A stretch of 64,000 nt of DNA, from the NCBI GenBank assembly GCA_051294375.1, contig CM119266.1:4230931-4294930 (forward strand), in the 5' to 3' direction. Below are positions 61,225 to 64,000 of this stretch, one piece after another. Source of the stretch: Paraspadella gotoi (Eukaryota; Animalia; Chaetognatha). Position numbers and translations under genes: made by a program. Under the pieces are notes generated by a model that was not told the DNA's origin, did no database searches, and was given only the letters and a program-made list of their open reading frames with translations. Position 1 is the stretch's first letter, and every line of letters begins with the position of its first letter.

Positions 61225-63078
61225 CGGAGGCGTGGGTTTGAATCCCACCGCTGCCACCACAATTAAGTAAATAGACAGATATTTCTAGGCGAAACCAAAG
61301 TGGATTTTATTTCTTCAGAATTTAGACATTAATACAAGAACGGTGTCAATTCTCGAGGCAGAGTGAATCAATACAAGTTGGGTTCCTATTTACAATGCAA
61401 TCGGATCGGAGGTAAGGGTAAAGTTTACAGCCGGAAGAAGCCCATCTGCCCATAGGCCGATGCCATTTGTCTTTCGTCCAATGAGAATGTTCCATTCTAC
61501 TTCCGGCGGAGTTTGCGCGTCGCCGATCCGATTTCGATTCTGGAGTCTTGATTCCGCTGCGATGCTTTTGTAGAAGACGAAAATAGTATTAATAAAAATA
61601 AGGAGAGAGTGAAGAATCGTGATGTTGTAAGAGAAGTAGAAAAGAAGTAAGACGACCTATCTCCTGAACCACTTTTATCAACGCCCGGACCAACTTGACC
61701 TTACGGTCTCGTGCTTTTCCCGGTCAATCTAAGGTCATTGCCAAAGCTAGGGCAAAGTGACCATGGAGAAAGACGGGTACGAAGAAAGAGAAGAGAAGAA
61801 GGGTTTAGAGAGAGATTCGCCTCACTTTAAACAAATTTAAACTACTCAATTATAAGCTTCAATGTTTGCAGAGCAAATTTTCTTAGGCCATGTGGCGGTA
61901 TATTCACACCGCCTTACATCCACCGTCGTTCAGCCAATATCATTGGCTCAGAGAGGGAATACACCATCCCAGGCATTGTGTTCCTTCCACAGTCCTAACG
62001 ACTTCCCTCTGCGTTGGCAAAGCAAGGCCATCCTTGGGTAACCGCGCCTGTGACTGGAGACGTCGCAGAGGGTAAAAAGCCCCAAAAGCCATCAGTGAGA
62101 TTCCCCATCCCATATGGGCATCACAGGCAACCTGGGTGTTGCCGTAAGTAGTGAGCCCTACTATCGAACATGCAACCTTCTAAGGGTACGCTACGAAAAC
62201 CACCTATGCCCTGTCAACTTCGGGGACGCTATAACAAACCCCTATGCCCCTGGGGTACCCTATGACAAACGCCTATGCCCCCACAACTTTGCTCTCTCTC
62301 TCTCTCCCACTATGGTAACAGTCTAATCAGACACCTCTCAGGCCTGGAGAACCTGAGTGATATCTTGGCCCGGGGATCTTGTGGCGGTATATTAACACCG
62401 CCTTACGTACACCATCGTTCAGCCGATACCATTGGCTAAGAGAGGGAACACACCATCCCAAGAGTTGTGTTACATTCAGTCCTAACAACTTTCCTCTGTG
62501 TTGGCAAAGCGAGACCACCCGAGGGTAACCGCGCCAGTAACTGAAGGCGCCAACAGTGAGATGCCCCATCCCAATGGCCAATCAAAGGCAACCCGGCTGT
62601 TGCCATAGCCATACCTTTTTGAAAAAGTATTCAATTTGTCAACTTTTATCAAGCTAGTAGAGTTTTGAGCCATTTTTACTGCAGAATAAGTTACACAAGT
62701 ACCACAGCTATTGAAAAATGAAATTTTTTTTTCATTAATTACTAAAAATCATTATTTATTAAGGTATCTTTTAGGATTTCTTTTGATATGATCTGTTATG
62801 ATCAGAAATTTATTATGACTTATAACCTGATTAGCTACTTACTGCTAAATCATCGAGCATTGTTCGCTCAAACTTATCTTTATGCTTTTGACTAGATTAA
62901 ACTAGTTTTGCACAATTTATCCTCCATAGTAGCCATAGTCTGAGAGTAAATATACCTCGACATGACTGTGATCTTTCCGTCGTGACACTTGACTTGACGC
63001 TCGCGGTCTTCGTCAACGGGATCCGCGTCTTTGACGACCCAATGGACATGATCGTCGCCGGCCGGACATTTGAATCTG

Positions 63079-63113
<35 letters not shown>

Positions 63114-64000
63114 TCAAAAGCTTCGTCAACGGAGTCTTCTCTTTTTACTTTTCTTCTCCAGCGACTTTCGAAAGTTGGAAGGAAAAGTTTTTACAGAATT
63201 CGGAACCCAGGAAAATCCCCATCACTAATTCGACGGAAGACAATTGCGGACCTCGAGTGGATTTCTGGCCGTCTTCCTGTAATTGTGAGCATTATCATTA
63301 TCATCCTTAGAATCGACATCACCGTCATCATAATCATCATCTTATGTAAAGAAATATTTTTCTATATTAAAAAAGTAAAAAAGGAAAAAAGTAAGATCTG
63401 TTGAGCAATCTATATATGAAAAAAATTTTAAGGTCTTTAGTTAACAATTAGTTACTAAAATATATTTTGCCTAAGAAAATTTCTTTTCCCTACTTGGCCC
63501 CTTCATCCAGTTTTATTTATTTTAATTAAGCCTTTTAGCCTTTTAGCTATACAACATATATGGTAATGTTGATACTGAAGAGACAGTAATTATTGTTATT
63601 TGTTAGTGACAGAACTGTTAAATATAAGCAGTCCCTGAGCTTCCGATCAAGCTGTAACACCGTGTTACAGGCGGCTTAAGCGGCCAGTCCCTCTAAACTG
63701 CTAGGCGACCACTGGGTTGGGAGGCGATTGACTTGCACCCTGCACCAATGCCCACTGATGAACAGTTGGTGGATTTTAGTCCATCATAATACTCATTATT
63801 AGTTGATTGACCTCGTATAAAAACCCAGTCGTCCAGTAGAAATAGTCTTTGTTCGTTTTCGAAGCCGTCAAGGCGCCAATCATTTGTTTGCCTGTGACTT
63901 TGTCAGCGCCACCGCAGAGGGGCGCTTGTCCGCCTTGACCACTCGGCCACCACCAGCCTTTTCGACAAAAGAACAATTATGCATGAGATATTTAACTCAT
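61225..64000. repeat. Direct duplication of 56367-59140 (tRNA fragment, LTR, structured repeat, two FReD exons, SINE)
   Basis: Offset about 4860-4870 bp; differences are almost all 1-2 bp indels. Confidence 0.9.

Overview
Eukaryotic, most likely invertebrate, draft-assembly DNA: AT-rich introns and intergenic DNA, GC-rich exons, many (GA)n microsatellites and several exactly-25-N gaps next to indel-rich duplications. Four spliced genes could be rebuilt by hand with phase-consistent splice sites. (1) scratch, a SNAG plus 5 zinc-finger gene (+, 4588-8426) with a TATA/Inr core promoter. (2) A NAT8/Camello-like membrane GNAT acetyltransferase (-, 11494-12646). (3) An ~1257-aa protein with an STK35/PDIK1L-like kinase, a long Pro/Ser linker and a C-terminal pseudokinase (+, 23625-30094); one of its splice junctions needs a one-base correction. 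(4) A 5'-incomplete gene with tandem divergent fibrinogen-related domains (-, 41593-58409) that seems to have two homologous alternative last exons, one short and soluble, one a huge Thr/Ser mucin stalk with a GPI-type tail. The rest is MITEs, nested Helentron/DINE-like elements, tRNA-derived SINEs, 5S pseudogenes, a solo LTR fused to a CCA-bearing tRNA-Leu fragment, a near-perfect 84-bp hairpin inside a 14-bp target duplication, and structured repeats with compensatory changes. The mucin triplication and the 56.4/61.2 kb duplication are probably assembly artefacts. All family assignments come from recalled motifs, not database searches.
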